A stretch of 64,000 nt of DNA from Callorhinchus milii (lineage: Eukaryota). The stretch lies in the NCBI RefSeq assembly GCF_018977255.1, contig NW_024704742.1, forward strand, positions 44,332,001 to 44,396,000. Direction: 5' to 3'. Each line of letters opens with the position of its first letter. Within the stretch, counting starts at the first letter, position 1. Of the stretch, positions 39,171 to 51,446 are shown one piece after another. A program made the position numbers and the translations under genes. Under the pieces are notes generated by a model. That model was not told the origin of the DNA. It made no database searches and saw only the letters and a list, made by a program, of their open reading frames with translations.

Positions 39171-40182
39171 TCATTTAGAAACTATCTCTACAGAGTGATC
39201 TGAATTGTATTAACATAATGATCCATACATTTGATATAGAGGCTTTCATGTTGGGAGGCCGGAAAGTGGAGTTTCACATTTTCATTCCATTTCATTCACA
39301 TTTTGAAAAGAACAAATGGTACAGAAGCAATTACTAAGGTTACTACACTTTACAGTAAAATCATGTGAAGCACTTTGAGATATTTCACTGATGTGATAAT
39401 GTGCTATATCAAATGCAAGGCTTAGTTTTATTATAATCATCCTTTTTTGATTCATGCTTTATTATGTGGTGGACCTCAACATACCACCTTCCCACTTAAG
39501 GAAAAACAGCATGACATCAAATGGTTAGTTTGAGAGCAAATTAAAGGACAATAACATGAATATGCACCTTTAAAAAACAAAATATTTCCTGCAAATAATG
39601 TCTTTAAATGCACTCAGTAAAACATGACAGCCTAACAATTTGTTTCCTGAGGGTCCCGGCACATCTAAAGAGACTGTTGACAAGGTGTCATAACCAGGAG
39701 AACCTTATTAACTAATCCCTGTGCAATGGAATCGCTTTGGACAGATCCTTAGTGAAAAACAGCTTTCTGACAAATTGATAATTTTTTTAAAAAAACTGAC
39801 TTGTTCTGAGAAGTGGACAAAATCTGCAATCATTCACATATGAGACACCACGAAGAGTCAGACCTAAATAAAAAGTGAGCGTTTCTGCATGTACTCTATA
39901 CTTTTACTCTGACAGTGCACTTTCAATGCACTATCCCATTCAATTCCAAAGATAGCCTTGACCTTAACAGTGCCCATTAGAGACCGAACAGATCAATACA
40001 CGGAGGTGTAGGTCTTTTTCTTGAGGCAATTTTACAGCACATTGCTTTCAAAGACTATAGATTGTAAAAAGTATTGCAGCATAAATTTATCTTGACAAAA
40101 TAAAGATAATAATGTTTGTATTTTGATTGGCCATAGAAGGTATAAAACACAGATTAGTGTGAATTGACTATTATTATACTAC

Positions 40183-40258
40183 CTTGTGAAAGGTTCTAAT
40201 CAGATAATTCAATGCCATAACATAAGGCCTTTTGGTAAAGTGGTTCAGAATATGTAAT
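40183..40258 (-). CDS. Candidate 76-nt exon (xLHILNHFTKRPYVMALNYLIRTFHK)
   Basis: Acceptor gtatttgtacag, donor aag|gtagta, open in phase 2-0. Confidence 0.25.
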
Positions 40259-41004
40259 CTGTACAAATACCACATTCAATCAGCCTTTGATCTCCAGACC
40301 TACTGTAGCTAAGATTTAGAGCACTTCACTGATCTGAATGGTAAAGTGAAACAATGTGTTTCTAATTAATCTGAAGCTGGTCTGGGAGGCCAGGCAGCAT
40401 AAACAGCGGCTTATTTGTTGCTGCCAGAGTGCTGTTCAATCATGTTTGAAATCATTCAGCCTGATTACACGGGGAATTCAAATGCCCCACCCAATGCCAC
40501 CTGGTTAAGGTGGATCAGGAAACACACTGATCTAAATGGATTACTATCAGACTGCGATGAATGCTGGAAGATCTGTGATTTGTCTTCTATTTTCTTTTGT
40601 GTTTTTTCATTGGTCAATGGACTCCCTCTTATATTGTTCTATTTGTAAATGACAATCTTTCCTTCCCACATTTGGTGAAATCTCACAGACACTTGATAAC
40701 ACAAGGTGTATGAGCTGTGTATAAAGGACGATAGAAATCAATAATTGAGAGGGAGAAAAAAACAAAGAAAAAAGAAAATAACAGACAGACAAGAAAATAA
40801 ACTGAGAGGAAATCCAACAGAAGAAGAAAAAATAAATAATGGAGTGACAGCTGTACAGCTGTTTGTCTGGATGTTGGTATGCACAAATTGGCTACTATGT
40901 TCGCCTACAAAACACACTTTACAGTAAATTCTGTGAAGTGCTTTGAGACATCTGGATGATGTGATACAGCACTGTATCAAATACCAGAATTATTATTGTT
41001 AACT

Positions 41005-41130
41005 TACAAAGTGACATTCTGTTCAAGGTGAACCGAGCTCCTTCTGGCTGCTTATCCTACTGGACTACTTCTCTGCCTTTGACACAGTTGACAATGCCAT
41101 CCTCTTCAATCACTTTTCCTCTCTCATCTC
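41005..41130 (+). mobile_element. L2 RT internal fragment
   Basis: LILLDY/..SAFDTVDNAIL-like reading with a frameshift. Confidence 0.65.
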
Positions 41131-42106
41131 TGAAACAGTTTCTTAATCTCCTTGAAATTCTTGTTTGAATATAGTAAAGTGTATCAGTCATATATACAAT
41201 TAGAGACTGGAAAATGGGCATGATTCTTTGGGAAAACCTCTTCATAATAGAGCTATTTAAACCATTGAGGGATGCTGATAACTTTACATGTCTATAGCTA
41301 AATCACTGTGTGGAGTCGCAAGGAGGATGGCCACGAATATGTTTGCTTGTTCATATACTTTACACATGAAAATTGTGACAGAGATGAAACTTGACTTGGC
41401 CCTATCAGCATCACAGTGGGCTCCAATTTGCTGGCTGTGCTAACCATGTATAAGTGCATGTCTGCAGAGTGTGTCTTTTTCATTGGCTGTGAATTGTACA
41501 TGTAAGGGCCTCTGTGATTCCCTCTGCACACAGGCCCTTACACATGGTTTGCCCAACACGCAGATTAGAGCCCACCATGATGCTGAAAACATGCCCAATA
41601 TTACTCTAATAAAGCTACTCTCACATCAGGATACCATCATTGTATTAAAATGCATACATGTACTCCCCCTGGTATATCATTTACATATGGTTTGCACAAC
41701 TTCCAAACTGCCTCTTGAAAATTTAAACAACCCGTTGGCCCACAGAGAGTCACTGTGCACCTGACAAGACTCTAAGGGTTAAACTGCTGTTGTGTGAGTT
41801 GTGCTGTAAACACACGTCTTAATTAGAAGTATACTAAAAGATTTTTCACAGATATCACCCATCAGTTGCACATGGTGGCAAATCAGTGACACACACAGCC
41901 GGATGGAACTCGATTTAAACATTCTTGTTTGACTGCTGTTCTGCTCAGCCGTAGCTGACATGTCTCAAGTGAACTAACATTCTGAATGCTTCCTGATGTT
42001 GGCTCCTTTTGACTTCCAGCAGTTCACAATGTTGGCTTCCTATTCTTTATGGGGAAAATTTCTGTATATTAATTGTCTTGTGTAAATGATACTGAAAGTT
42101 GTAGGT

Positions 42107-42445
42107 TAATAATAATAATCCTTGCATTTGATATGGTGCCTTATTACGTGGTTGAGACGTCTCAAAGTGCTTCACAGAATATACTGTAAAGTGAATTGAC
42201 TGTATATTTTGTGAGTGAAATGCAGCAGCCAATTGCACACAGCAGTATCCCACAAACTGTCATGGATTGAGTAACCAAATTATCAATTTTTAAGACTTTA
42301 TTACCCATAGAAAGCAATCCGCCAATCGACGAAGAACAGGGTTCCTACTTACTGCTAGGGAAACAGATGCATGTGGAGTAAGTAAACTTGGTTAAGGTTT
42401 TGCCCTGCCCGGGAATTGAACCCAGGTCCTCTTGAGTATTCTAAT
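42107..42445 (-). mobile_element. tRNA-derived SINE (long variant)
   Basis: (AAT)n tail, core, internal segment gttcctacttactgctagggaaacag, B-box ggaattgaacccagg. Confidence 0.85.
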
Positions 42446-42555
42446 TGAAAAAGATAAATGTTTTCACATGGTATCCGTACAGGAAAATATTAATGTGTAG
42501 AAATATCATGAAAGTAACTCACTGATACATTACTAGTCTCCTACACAAAGTATGA

Positions 42556-42731
42556 TAACAATAATATAATAATCTTTGCATTTGATATAGTACCTTATCA
42601 CGTCTTCGAGACGTCTCAAAGTGCTTCACAGAATATACTGTAAAGTGAATTGACTGTGTATTTTGTGGGTGAAACGCGGTAGCAAATTATGCACAGCAGT
42701 GTCCCACAAACAGTTGTGGATTGAGTGACCA
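42556..42731 (-). mobile_element. 5'-truncated tRNA-family SINE
   Basis: Tail and core as in other copies. Confidence 0.88.
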
Positions 42732-42856
42732 TGCAGTGCTGACACAATTATGTGAAATTCTGATGGATGATGAATTCCTTTTATGAATTGTGCAGCAGTT
42801 ATAAACATGACCATGCAAATAACAATTGCTTTTTGAACAATGAAAACAGAACTCAC

Positions 42857-42917
42857 AACCTTCTTTCTCCAGGCACTGTGCTGCTACCAGATATAATGGG
42901 AAACTTTACATTGAAGC
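42857..42917 (-). CDS. Candidate 61-nt exon (xFNVKFPIISGSSTVPGERR)
   Basis: Acceptor ttttatcactgcaatatag, donor gtt|gtgagt, single open frame phase 1-2. Confidence 0.3.
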
Positions 42918-43243
42918 CTATATTGCAGTGATAAAATATAATTGTTTTGTTTACACTATAACTTACTGCTCCATTGGGAAACAAAATCCTATATGCTCAA
43001 GGAATGAAACTGTACCTTTCTTTCTGATGTGCAGAGTCAACTTTCTTTTCAGGCTCATTTCTATAAAACATGGGTACCCAATGCCCAGGGTACAAAAATG
43101 TGGGATTTTTTGAGAATATTAAGTGTACAATTAGAAACTGGAAAAGGGGCGTGATTTTTTGGGGGGAAGACTGTCACCCCTTCATCTGCTATGTGCTACC
43201 TCATACTTGACACACACAGTATATGTGAATTCAGATTCAAAGA

Positions 43244-43610
43244 TGTCAGCCTAGCTCAGTTGTGGGTTCAAGCCCCACAATGCAACCCACTCCAGGGCTA
43301 CACTGAAGTGTCAGCCTAGACGAGGATTTTGAAGTCATAGTCTAGGCTAACACTCGAATGCAGAGCGAGGATGTGCTGCGTTGTTAGAAATGCCATCCTT
43401 CGGACCGTTCAGGTGGATATTAAAGATTTCATGCCACTAACTGAAAAAAGAAAGAAATTTCTAATGGTGTCCAAGCCAAATAAAATTGATCACTCACTTC
43501 ATAGCTTTGTATGGGACATTGTTGTGTGAAAACTGGCTGCTGCATTTATCGACAAATACATGCTGGATGACATGATAAGGCACTGTATCAAATGCAGGAA
43601 TTATTATTAT
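43244..43610 (+). mobile_element. Deu-type SINE (rearranged head)
   Basis: tgtcagcctag twice, core and (ATT)n tail. Confidence 0.8.
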
Positions 43611-44130
43611 AAGCAGAAAATGCTCCATTGTCCAGCTCTGAGATAGATCTTACAGTAATGCAGATGCCTCACCTATATATGAAGTCAGCAAGAATTGATG
43701 ATGTTTTATCATCCATAAAGGAATAATCTCATTATCTTTTTATAGTTACTTCATATTATATTTACAAAATCATATTCTAGAAGTAAAGTTACCCATTATC
43801 ATTTTACTTTCTCAACGCAATAATACAGTGAGCCATAACACAATAAAAATTGTATTGACTGACTTCTGAAATCAACTGCCTCTCAAAACTGGTAACTTCA
43901 CACTGTTGGTACTGTTTTTCCTCAGCAAAATCAATATAAGAACAAGTTCCATCTAGTGCTTCATCAGAACATAATGTGTTTGGGAAACAAAGCTGCGATC
44001 AAGTTACTCTTCACCTTATGGAAATAATAAAAACAAAAGCTGATGGGAAAAAGGATAATAATATTTTATGATGAAGCCATTAAAACATAATACTCATACA
44101 AAAGCTACTCAGTGTATTTAATTATAAGTT

Positions 44131-44409
44131 TCAACAACAACAACAAGATTCCATTTATAGAGCGCCTTTCACGTCGGGAGGACGTCCCAAGGCGCTGTAC
44201 AGTTGGGTCAGGACCCGAACAAGGGGGAAATGGTCAGGGTGAGGGGAGGGAAGGGAGGGAGCGAGGAGGGGGTAGAGAGTCGAGAGGGAGCTGAAGGCAC
44301 GGTCAAAGAGAAAGGTCTTGAGACCTGCCTTGAAGGAGGAAAGGGAGGAGGCGGCGAAGGCACTGGGGGATAGAATTCCAGAGCCTCGGGGCTGAGAGGC
44401 TGAAGGCTT
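44131..44409 (-). mobile_element. Young L2 3' end, same subfamily as 28017-28670
   Basis: Near-identical reverse complement of 28312-28670 but without the extra 42-bp units. Confidence 0.93.
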
Positions 44410-45530
44410 TCAGTCTTTCACTGTCACATGCAGATTTTCAGAATGATTTGCTTGTGCTGTAATTCTCTTTCCGTTGAATAAGAAAGAGAAACCCAAGCAG
44501 GACAGTTGTGCCCTCCAACTTTTTCAACTCTTTGATATGGACACTATGTTATATATCTATTGCCTCTACCATACCTTTGGTCAATATCCACAAACTTTCC
44601 CTTCTTCACTCCCCTTATCCTCACATCATGGTGAAACATGATCTTTCACTCACAAAATACTTAGTCAATCCACTTTACAGTATATCCTGTTAAGCGCTTT
44701 GAGCCGTAAAAGGCACTATATCAAATGCAAGCATTATCATCATATTATTGTATTCCCACATGAAAGGTATTAGTTGTTGTTTTTGTTACAGTTTATTCCT
44801 TATCCCATCGCTCTCCAGGATGCAATGGAAAAGAGATTTAAAAACAAATAATAATAAGTGGGATTGCATTGCATCATAAGTTACAATGTTAGCTTTTAAA
44901 CTCTCGGATGGATTGAGATCTGGAAAACAAAAAACATAAAGCTTTTCAACTGGTGCTCGTTTTCTGCTACAATATAATGTACAATTGGAGTGAACTTTAC
45001 TTTGATTGCAATGTACTTTCTAATTTCCATCTGTTGTCTTTCTGTTTTCCCCAGACCACAAATCTTTTGTGACTGAGAGACCAAGTGGGTAGTATGCTCT
45101 CTCCTCTTTGCCTATGCTGCTTTTGAGCTGTTTGTGAAGAAGCATAGTAATGTAGAAGAAAATACATAGCTTCCACTTGTTACTGTTCTATGCCGGTATG
45201 TTGGAGATGGGGAAATAATACTTGCATCTGCAACTTCTACCCTTGATTCTCATGCTTGTGCTCCAAAGCATTTCGTGACTGGGCCATTTAAGCCACAGAC
45301 ATGAAAGACAGGTCTCATAAAATGTGCTCCTAGTGATGGTTTTATGTCAAATGCAAGGATTATTATTATTATTGCACAAACCTGTGCACAACATAGGCAT
45401 CAGGGTCGATCCCTAGCTTTCTTTTCTACCCCACATCTGTTCCCTGACTAGGAATGCTTTCTCCCATCTCTTTCATATTGCCCACCTCCGTCATATTGCC
45501 CATGTCCGGCATACTGCCGCCTCCGTCCTT

Positions 45531-45820
45531 ACAACACCAAGAAGATTACATTTGTATAGCGTCCTTCATGTCAGGAGGACGTCCCAAGGCACTGGACAAA
45601 GTACAGCATTTCTGACCTGAGCTGAGGTCGGCAGCGGGGGGGGGGGGGGGGGGGGGGGGAGGGAGGGAGGGGAAGGGTCGTGGTCGATGGCATGGTCGAA
45701 GAGGAAGGTCTTGAGGTGGGACTTCAAGGAGGATAAGGAGGGGGCGAGGCTGAGTGACTGAGAGATGGAATTTCAGAGGTTGGAGGCAGAGTGGCTGAAG
45801 GCTCTCCCACCAATGGTATT
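45531..45820 (-). mobile_element. L2 3' end with poly(G) run
   Basis: tcaggaggacgtcccaaggc stem-loop, (CAA)-like tail. Confidence 0.85.
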
Positions 45821-45834
45821 TGGCATACATACAT

Positions 45835-46447
45835 ACATAACTCACAATCAAACCAGCCAAAATCCTCGTCCACATCTTTGTAACTTCCCAGCTGGACTAT
45901 TCCAATGCCCTCCTCGCTGGTCTCCTCAGCTCTACCATACACAAAATTCAATTAATTCAAAACTCTCCCACCCGGATACTAACACACACAAACTCCATAC
46001 CCCTATCACACCAATCCTTGCCCATGCTCTACTGTCTCCCAGTTACCAAACGGATTGATTTCAAGATCCTCTCACTCATTTTCAAATCCGTTCAAGCCCT
46101 TGCAACTCCCTACCTATCCGATCTGCTTACTCGCCACACCATGACCTGCTCTCTCCGCTCGACTGGCCCCAGCCTCCTGATTGTCCCGCATCCCGTCCAC
46201 TCCACCTTCAGTGGCCGTGACTTCAGCCACTACACCCCAAAACTCTGAAACTCTTTCCCTCAATCCCTCCGCCTTGCCTCCTCCCTCCCCACTTTCAAAT
46301 CTCACCTAAAAACCTTCCTTTTTGATCGTGCTTACGGTCACCTCCCCACTTCCTCTCCCCCTGGCTCGGTATCTCCCCCACTGTCAAATGCTCCTGGATG
46401 TTACCCGTATCAAGGGTACTATATAAATGCAAATTGTTGTTGTTGCT
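45835..46447 (+). mobile_element. L2 3' portion
   Basis: [26 protein letters not shown]; (TTG)n tail. Confidence 0.9.
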
Positions 46448-47344
46448 ATTACTAGACTGTTGATGGTGATGGTGAAAATGAGGACAAACATTCTTCAGAA
46501 TTCTCACTTCTTTTTGCTGTGTATTTCCATTCATTTGGATGTGAGTGCTTTCCTAAGCCATAGAGCTAAATATTTGTAACTGATCCGAGCATTCCACTTT
46601 TATCGACTACAGGCAGATGGGCAACATCACACTTAATCTTTCTTGGCGCAGTTATAGGTTCAGTCTATTCAGCGCAGAAGGTAATATCATTTATCCACCC
46701 ACTCTCCAGTTTTTGTTACTACTTGCCTTCATTGATTCAGTTACTGCTTGGTTTTCACATGAAGGACAGCCAATTTTAGAGGTTTGGTGTCATCTGTAAA
46801 AAGAGAACATTAATTTTGATGACATCCACCAGGCCTGATCAAGATAAGGTTAAGCATGTTTCCCTGCGGGTGCACTATCCAGATGCTGAAGAATTGTGAA
46901 ATTCCATTTATTGATGCCATGAGGACATATTGTGTGGAAAACTGTAATGGCCCAACTGATTCAATAGGAAATGCTCCTACGTAATTGATAATTAGGCTTG
47001 TTTTAGTCTAAAACGACAGATTTCTAACATGACTCAGTATTGTCCAATGCAATGAAAATCAATACATAGATATGGTTTCGCCTACTCTATCCTTAATAAG
47101 GAATCTGTGTTGTGTCATTGGGGACTTCTTCTGGTAACCAAACGTATCTCATGCCAACTCATGAGAACTCTAGTTTGACATGATCTACTCCCAGAATGGA
47201 GTTACTTAATAAAGAACTTCATAAGCACTTTAGAATCCATAGCTTGGACAGGATATCTGTATCTGTGTTCCTATTTGGAAGAGTAATTGGGAATAGATTT
47301 GTTCCATTTAGTGCAAGGAAATAAGGTACCATCAAATTATCAAA

Positions 47345-47549
47345 TTTACCGTCTCATCCGAAGGATGGCACCTCCAACAATCCAACACCTCCCCTTCCCC
47401 ACGCCACCACCCCTCCCCCCCCCCCCCCCCGCCCACATCGCTACACACCAGCACTGCATTGAAGTGGAGTTCATTCTCTCGACACTGGGCTTGAATCTAC
47501 AAGCTTCTGACTCAGTTGCGAGAGTGCTGCCAACTGGGTTAGTTTGACA
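47345..47549 (-). mobile_element. Deu-type SINE 5' half with poly(C) run
   Basis: gtctcatccgaaggatggcacctcc core and ttctgactcag..gagagtgctgccaactg head. Confidence 0.8.
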
Positions 47550-49755
47550 CACATAGCATTGAAATGTACATGCTCTTCAGTGAAGATCTACACCACTACT
47601 TTCTTCATTGCAATGTTGAGTGGAGCTCACACATTGTTAACATTTGGTCTCTGTTCCTCTCTCTGAACTGGAGCTCAGTAGCTTCTCATAGCATCCCGTT
47701 GCCGCTGTTGTTATTTCAAATGCATGAATGTCTGAGTATCCTCTCTGGGCTATAATGTATTCTGTATACTCTGTGATGCTATGATTCCTATTCACTGATT
47801 TATATGGAATCTACAATATGGAAAAGCAATAACATTTTATTAAAATTTGAGAAGTGTGACTATGAATTTAATTCATGATGAGAAATAATTCAGACCCTGC
47901 ACTGGCTGAAGTGAAACCCGTACACCATCACTGTACCTAAACTGATCAAACAATGAGTACCAACAGAAATCATCTTCAAACCCCACTCTAAGGATCTTTA
48001 TTCCTGGATTAAATTTTTTNAATAAAACTTTCATTCATATAATAGATTAAAATGAAGATTGAATATATTCAACCTATGGTAATAAGCTCAACAGCATTGA
48101 AACTCTCATATAATATGTTATTACCTACACAGTATATAAAATTCAAATGAGGAAACATCAGTGAGGGATTGGTAAGTGTTCCTCGATATTTGAATATCAC
48201 AACATAGAAACTTTATATGGAGTGGGAGATGGTGTCTTTAAACACACTGTTAAGAAGAAAATGAGGCCAGCAGAGGTCAGAGATGGAATTAATTCTGTAG
48301 CGAATGTTTTACATTTTCCATGAGCTACTTACTTCATTATTTTGCTTCCTAATATTTGTTTTCTACTCGAAAAAGATTCTCCTGCAGCAGTTAGTGAGGA
48401 TGAAAGTTACGATGTTGTGAGACAGCAAGTGAGCCAAGTGAAATGATTCTGACAAACCAATCCCTCAAGCTTAGTTAATCAAGTGAATAAATGATGACTA
48501 CTTCCTTGGTAAAACGAAGGTAAGCGGGTCTCCTCGGGGCTGAGCTAGCTCCAAGATGACATGCTGGGCCATGGAATAGCCGGAATCAAGTCACTGGTCT
48601 TGGTAGTCCAGGTCATGGGCCAAGCAGGTCTGTAGTATTCCAAGGAACTACTTATGACAGACAAGCCAGCCTAGCTCAATGGCTTAACTTTAAGCAAAAT
48701 GTGAGAAAAAAATGAGTTTTGGTGCATTTCTGCTTGTTAACTGGTGCATGTAACACAGATCGCCAGAAATATATATTTCAGTGTTGGTAATGATATCCTA
48801 GCTTCTTAAATTAATCTAAATTGTAAAGGGCCCTCAATTAATTGCGTTAAATTAAAAATTTTGAACAAGGTTCCTAATTTACAAAGTGTAATCACCATTA
48901 TTATTTGATTTTTAAAATTAAATTTGCTTCAGTTTCTGAAAACTATGTGTACAAGATGGTGAGGAGCGTTCTGTGCTTCCTCTAACTGAGGACAGGAACC
49001 ACACACACAATAGCTGCAAGAGTGGCTGTACCAGTAATTTGTATTACCACCTCTCAATGTTAGTGTTTCTAAAGATACATTACTGTGGTGATGGAAGTGA
49101 GGGCGAGATATTTCCCCAAAATAGCAGAGCAGCTTGACATGAAACAACCCTTTGTCAAGACGTCTTTTACCACGTTAGGCATCCCACTAGCCATTGACTG
49201 CAAACCTCTTTATTTTATTGCTGCATCACCTGTTCACTGCACTATTAGACATAGTTCCCAGTCTCTTTGGGAATGCATCCTCTTTCCAGAGATGCAAGAT
49301 TTGAGCACACTGTGCAACCATAATGCTTGAAATATTCAATATTCAATTTATCACTACCTCAGTATTTAGTTGCTATACAATGTACACCCAACAATTATTT
49401 ATAGTTCCTCATCTTACTTTTTGCTACCCTAATATCACAATAAATGTGCCTTTCAGTTGCTTCCAGGATTAAAGTTGGAAAAAAAATCTTCCTCAGAATT
49501 TACTAAATGTTAATAGCACTCTGCCATTACCAAGAACTTATAATCTGTTTTAATATCCTGTTCCCTTAATGGGGATGCATGAATTGCTCTCTTAAAAAGC
49601 CAGCTTTTTTCTATGTTGTAGATGTCTGTGGTTCTATGGGTGTAAGCAATCCCGCTCCAAACACTGGACAATAAAAATATAAGTGGTGCTATATTGATTT
49701 TCGTCTGACCAGAACTGAACAAAAAGTAATATCAATACTCCAATGACACTAATAC

Positions 49756-49846
49756 CTTCCAGCATTTTAACTTTATTACATTTCCAATTCATTGTATCAG
49801 ATATTGGACAAGAAATTTCAAGGGATTGTATCAATGGCAGATCCAT
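49756..49846 (-). CDS. Candidate first coding segment (MDLPLIQSLEISCPISDTMNWKCNKVKMLE) within exon 49756-49867
   Basis: Acceptor atttctaccttggttttgaag, ATG in aagATGg context, donor aag|gtatta (phase 1); about 355 nt downstream of a CpG-rich donor. Confidence 0.4.
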
Positions 49847-50119
49847 CTTCCTCTGAAATTCTTTATCCTTCAAAACCAAGGTAGAAATTCTTAAAATCAA
49901 TTGTGTGAATCATATCAATTTCTTATTGAAGATTTGTTAAAGAATATTAACTAGACTCTATTCCAGAATTCTGAAACCAGAGGTGCATTGTTAGGGATGA
50001 CAGTCAGGTGATTTCTGAGAAAGCAAACACTGGACAGTATATAACTATTCTGAGAATACAAATGCTGAATGCTATATACAGTAAGCCCCAACTTACTGGG
50101 ACTCCAGGTATCTGAAAGC

Positions 50120-50490
50120 CCGGACGGGGCTCGAAATGAAGACATTGAAAAACAATTTGTGCGAGCCCAAGTGCATGAAAACGCCTGCCGGTCCACACAC
50201 CTATCGCACACCCCATCCTCACCGTTCTTGCTGGTCTTCAGTGGCCAGGGTTATCAACTTTGACTCAGTTTGAATCCCGCAACAACAAGGGAGTTTATTT
50301 CCTATGTTCTGCGCTCTCCGGCTTTGAATTAATTGAATTTTGCGTATGGTGAAGCTGGGGAGACCAGCGATGAAGGCATTGGATAGTCCAGCCGGGAAGT
50401 AACAAAGGCATGAACGAGGGTTTCGGCTGCGATGGTTGTGAGATATGGATGAAGGCGGGTAATGTGACCGAGACGGACAAGCTCTATAGT
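50120..50490 (-). promoter_or_regulatory. CpG-enriched promoter / non-coding first exon candidate
   Basis: About 20 CpGs in ~370 bp (hand count); donor acg|gtgagg at 50222; TTTGAA+TCCCGC at 50269-50280, second TTTGAA at 50323-50328, TGACTCA at 50261-50267. Confidence 0.5.
50325..50486 (-). mobile_element. L2 internal fragment
   Basis: HITRLHPYLTTIAAETLVHAFVTSRLDY / NAFIAGLPSFTIRKIQLIQ. Confidence 0.85.
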
Positions 50491-50607
50491 ATCTCTCAAG
50501 TATCATAGCCTCAAGGATAATGATAGACCAGATCATTTATCCACTGGAAACATCCTCCCTGGGAAGAAATCTTTGCATGCGAGAAAAAAAATATTCCAAT
50601 TAAGAAT

Positions 50608-50770
50608 TGTTTTGGGATCATACGGGTGTCTGACATACATGGAAATCCATCACGATACTCAAGAGCAGGGAAGGGCAACATGCAGCCACATGCGGCCTAC
50701 ATGACTATGCTACGCATGCGAAATGCAACCCATGCGATCACAATCCCTGCCTAAGAGTATTCAAATGGAC
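50608..50770 (-). mobile_element. Family X repeat, copy 5, carrying an 84-bp hAT-like MITE (50666-50749)
   Basis: ggtgtctgacatacatggaaatccatcac; insert caggga..tccctg flanked by ctcaagag / cctaagag. Confidence 0.7.
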
Positions 50771-51446
50771 ATATTTGACAACTCTCTGTTTTCCTTTTGG
50801 TGCCTGTGAATATTTACCCTCCGATACAGTAGGACATCTGCAATTACAATATTATCATACTGCGTAGGATCAAATTGCCTTGTAGCTCTTGCAAATCAGA
50901 ACCGTGCACCTGTGGAATTGCATAACACTGTGGTGGGATGTAAACAGGGGTTGCCTGTGAAAAAGTATGCAACAGAGGTTGGTGATGGTGACTATGAAAT
51001 AATGAATCCTCATTATTTTTGTTTGCTTAGTTATTCCTGTAAAGGGAGTTCAGTAAACAATTACTTTATGAATTTAACAATTTGATATGTACTTTGAAGT
51101 GCAGCAAGCTCCCTGCTGCAAATTGGGAACATTGTGCAGTTAGAAATTTTGAATCTCAGTGGTGATTATCTTGAAAAGAAACCTGCATTGAATAATTAGA
51201 CCGTTTTCTATATTCAAGTACCAACATATTAAGTTCCAGGTGTTGAAGTGGCTTTCATTCTGCCAGGTCACTGCCCTATGTAATAAGCCAAAGTGTAACA
51301 GTGACCTTGTGATCTATATCAACTGCAAAAAGGAAACTATATATAATTATGACAAATCCTTCTTGTCACAGGAATGTTATGTTTCTCTTTGACAGCGAGG
51401 GCATGACTGATAGAGATTATACAATTGCATTTGTATTTTGTTCTTC

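Noticed and set aside
45473..45525. 18-bp tandem repeat, three degenerate units
   Set aside because: Ordinary short minisatellite
45531..46447. Twin-priming inversion of a single L2
   Set aside because: Each half has its own tail and they cover overlapping parts of different subfamilies; two independent insertions fit better
48020..48020. Single ambiguous base n
   Set aside because: Assembly or sequencing artefact; may mark a contig join
46613..48525. Plus-strand exon-like pieces (46613-46680; ~48388-48429; donor near 48519)
   Set aside because: Splice-like sites are common by chance; no coherent chain or recognisable peptide
50077..50130. Tc1/pogo-like terminal repeat TA|CAGTAAGCCCC
   Set aside because: No matching opposite end found nearby
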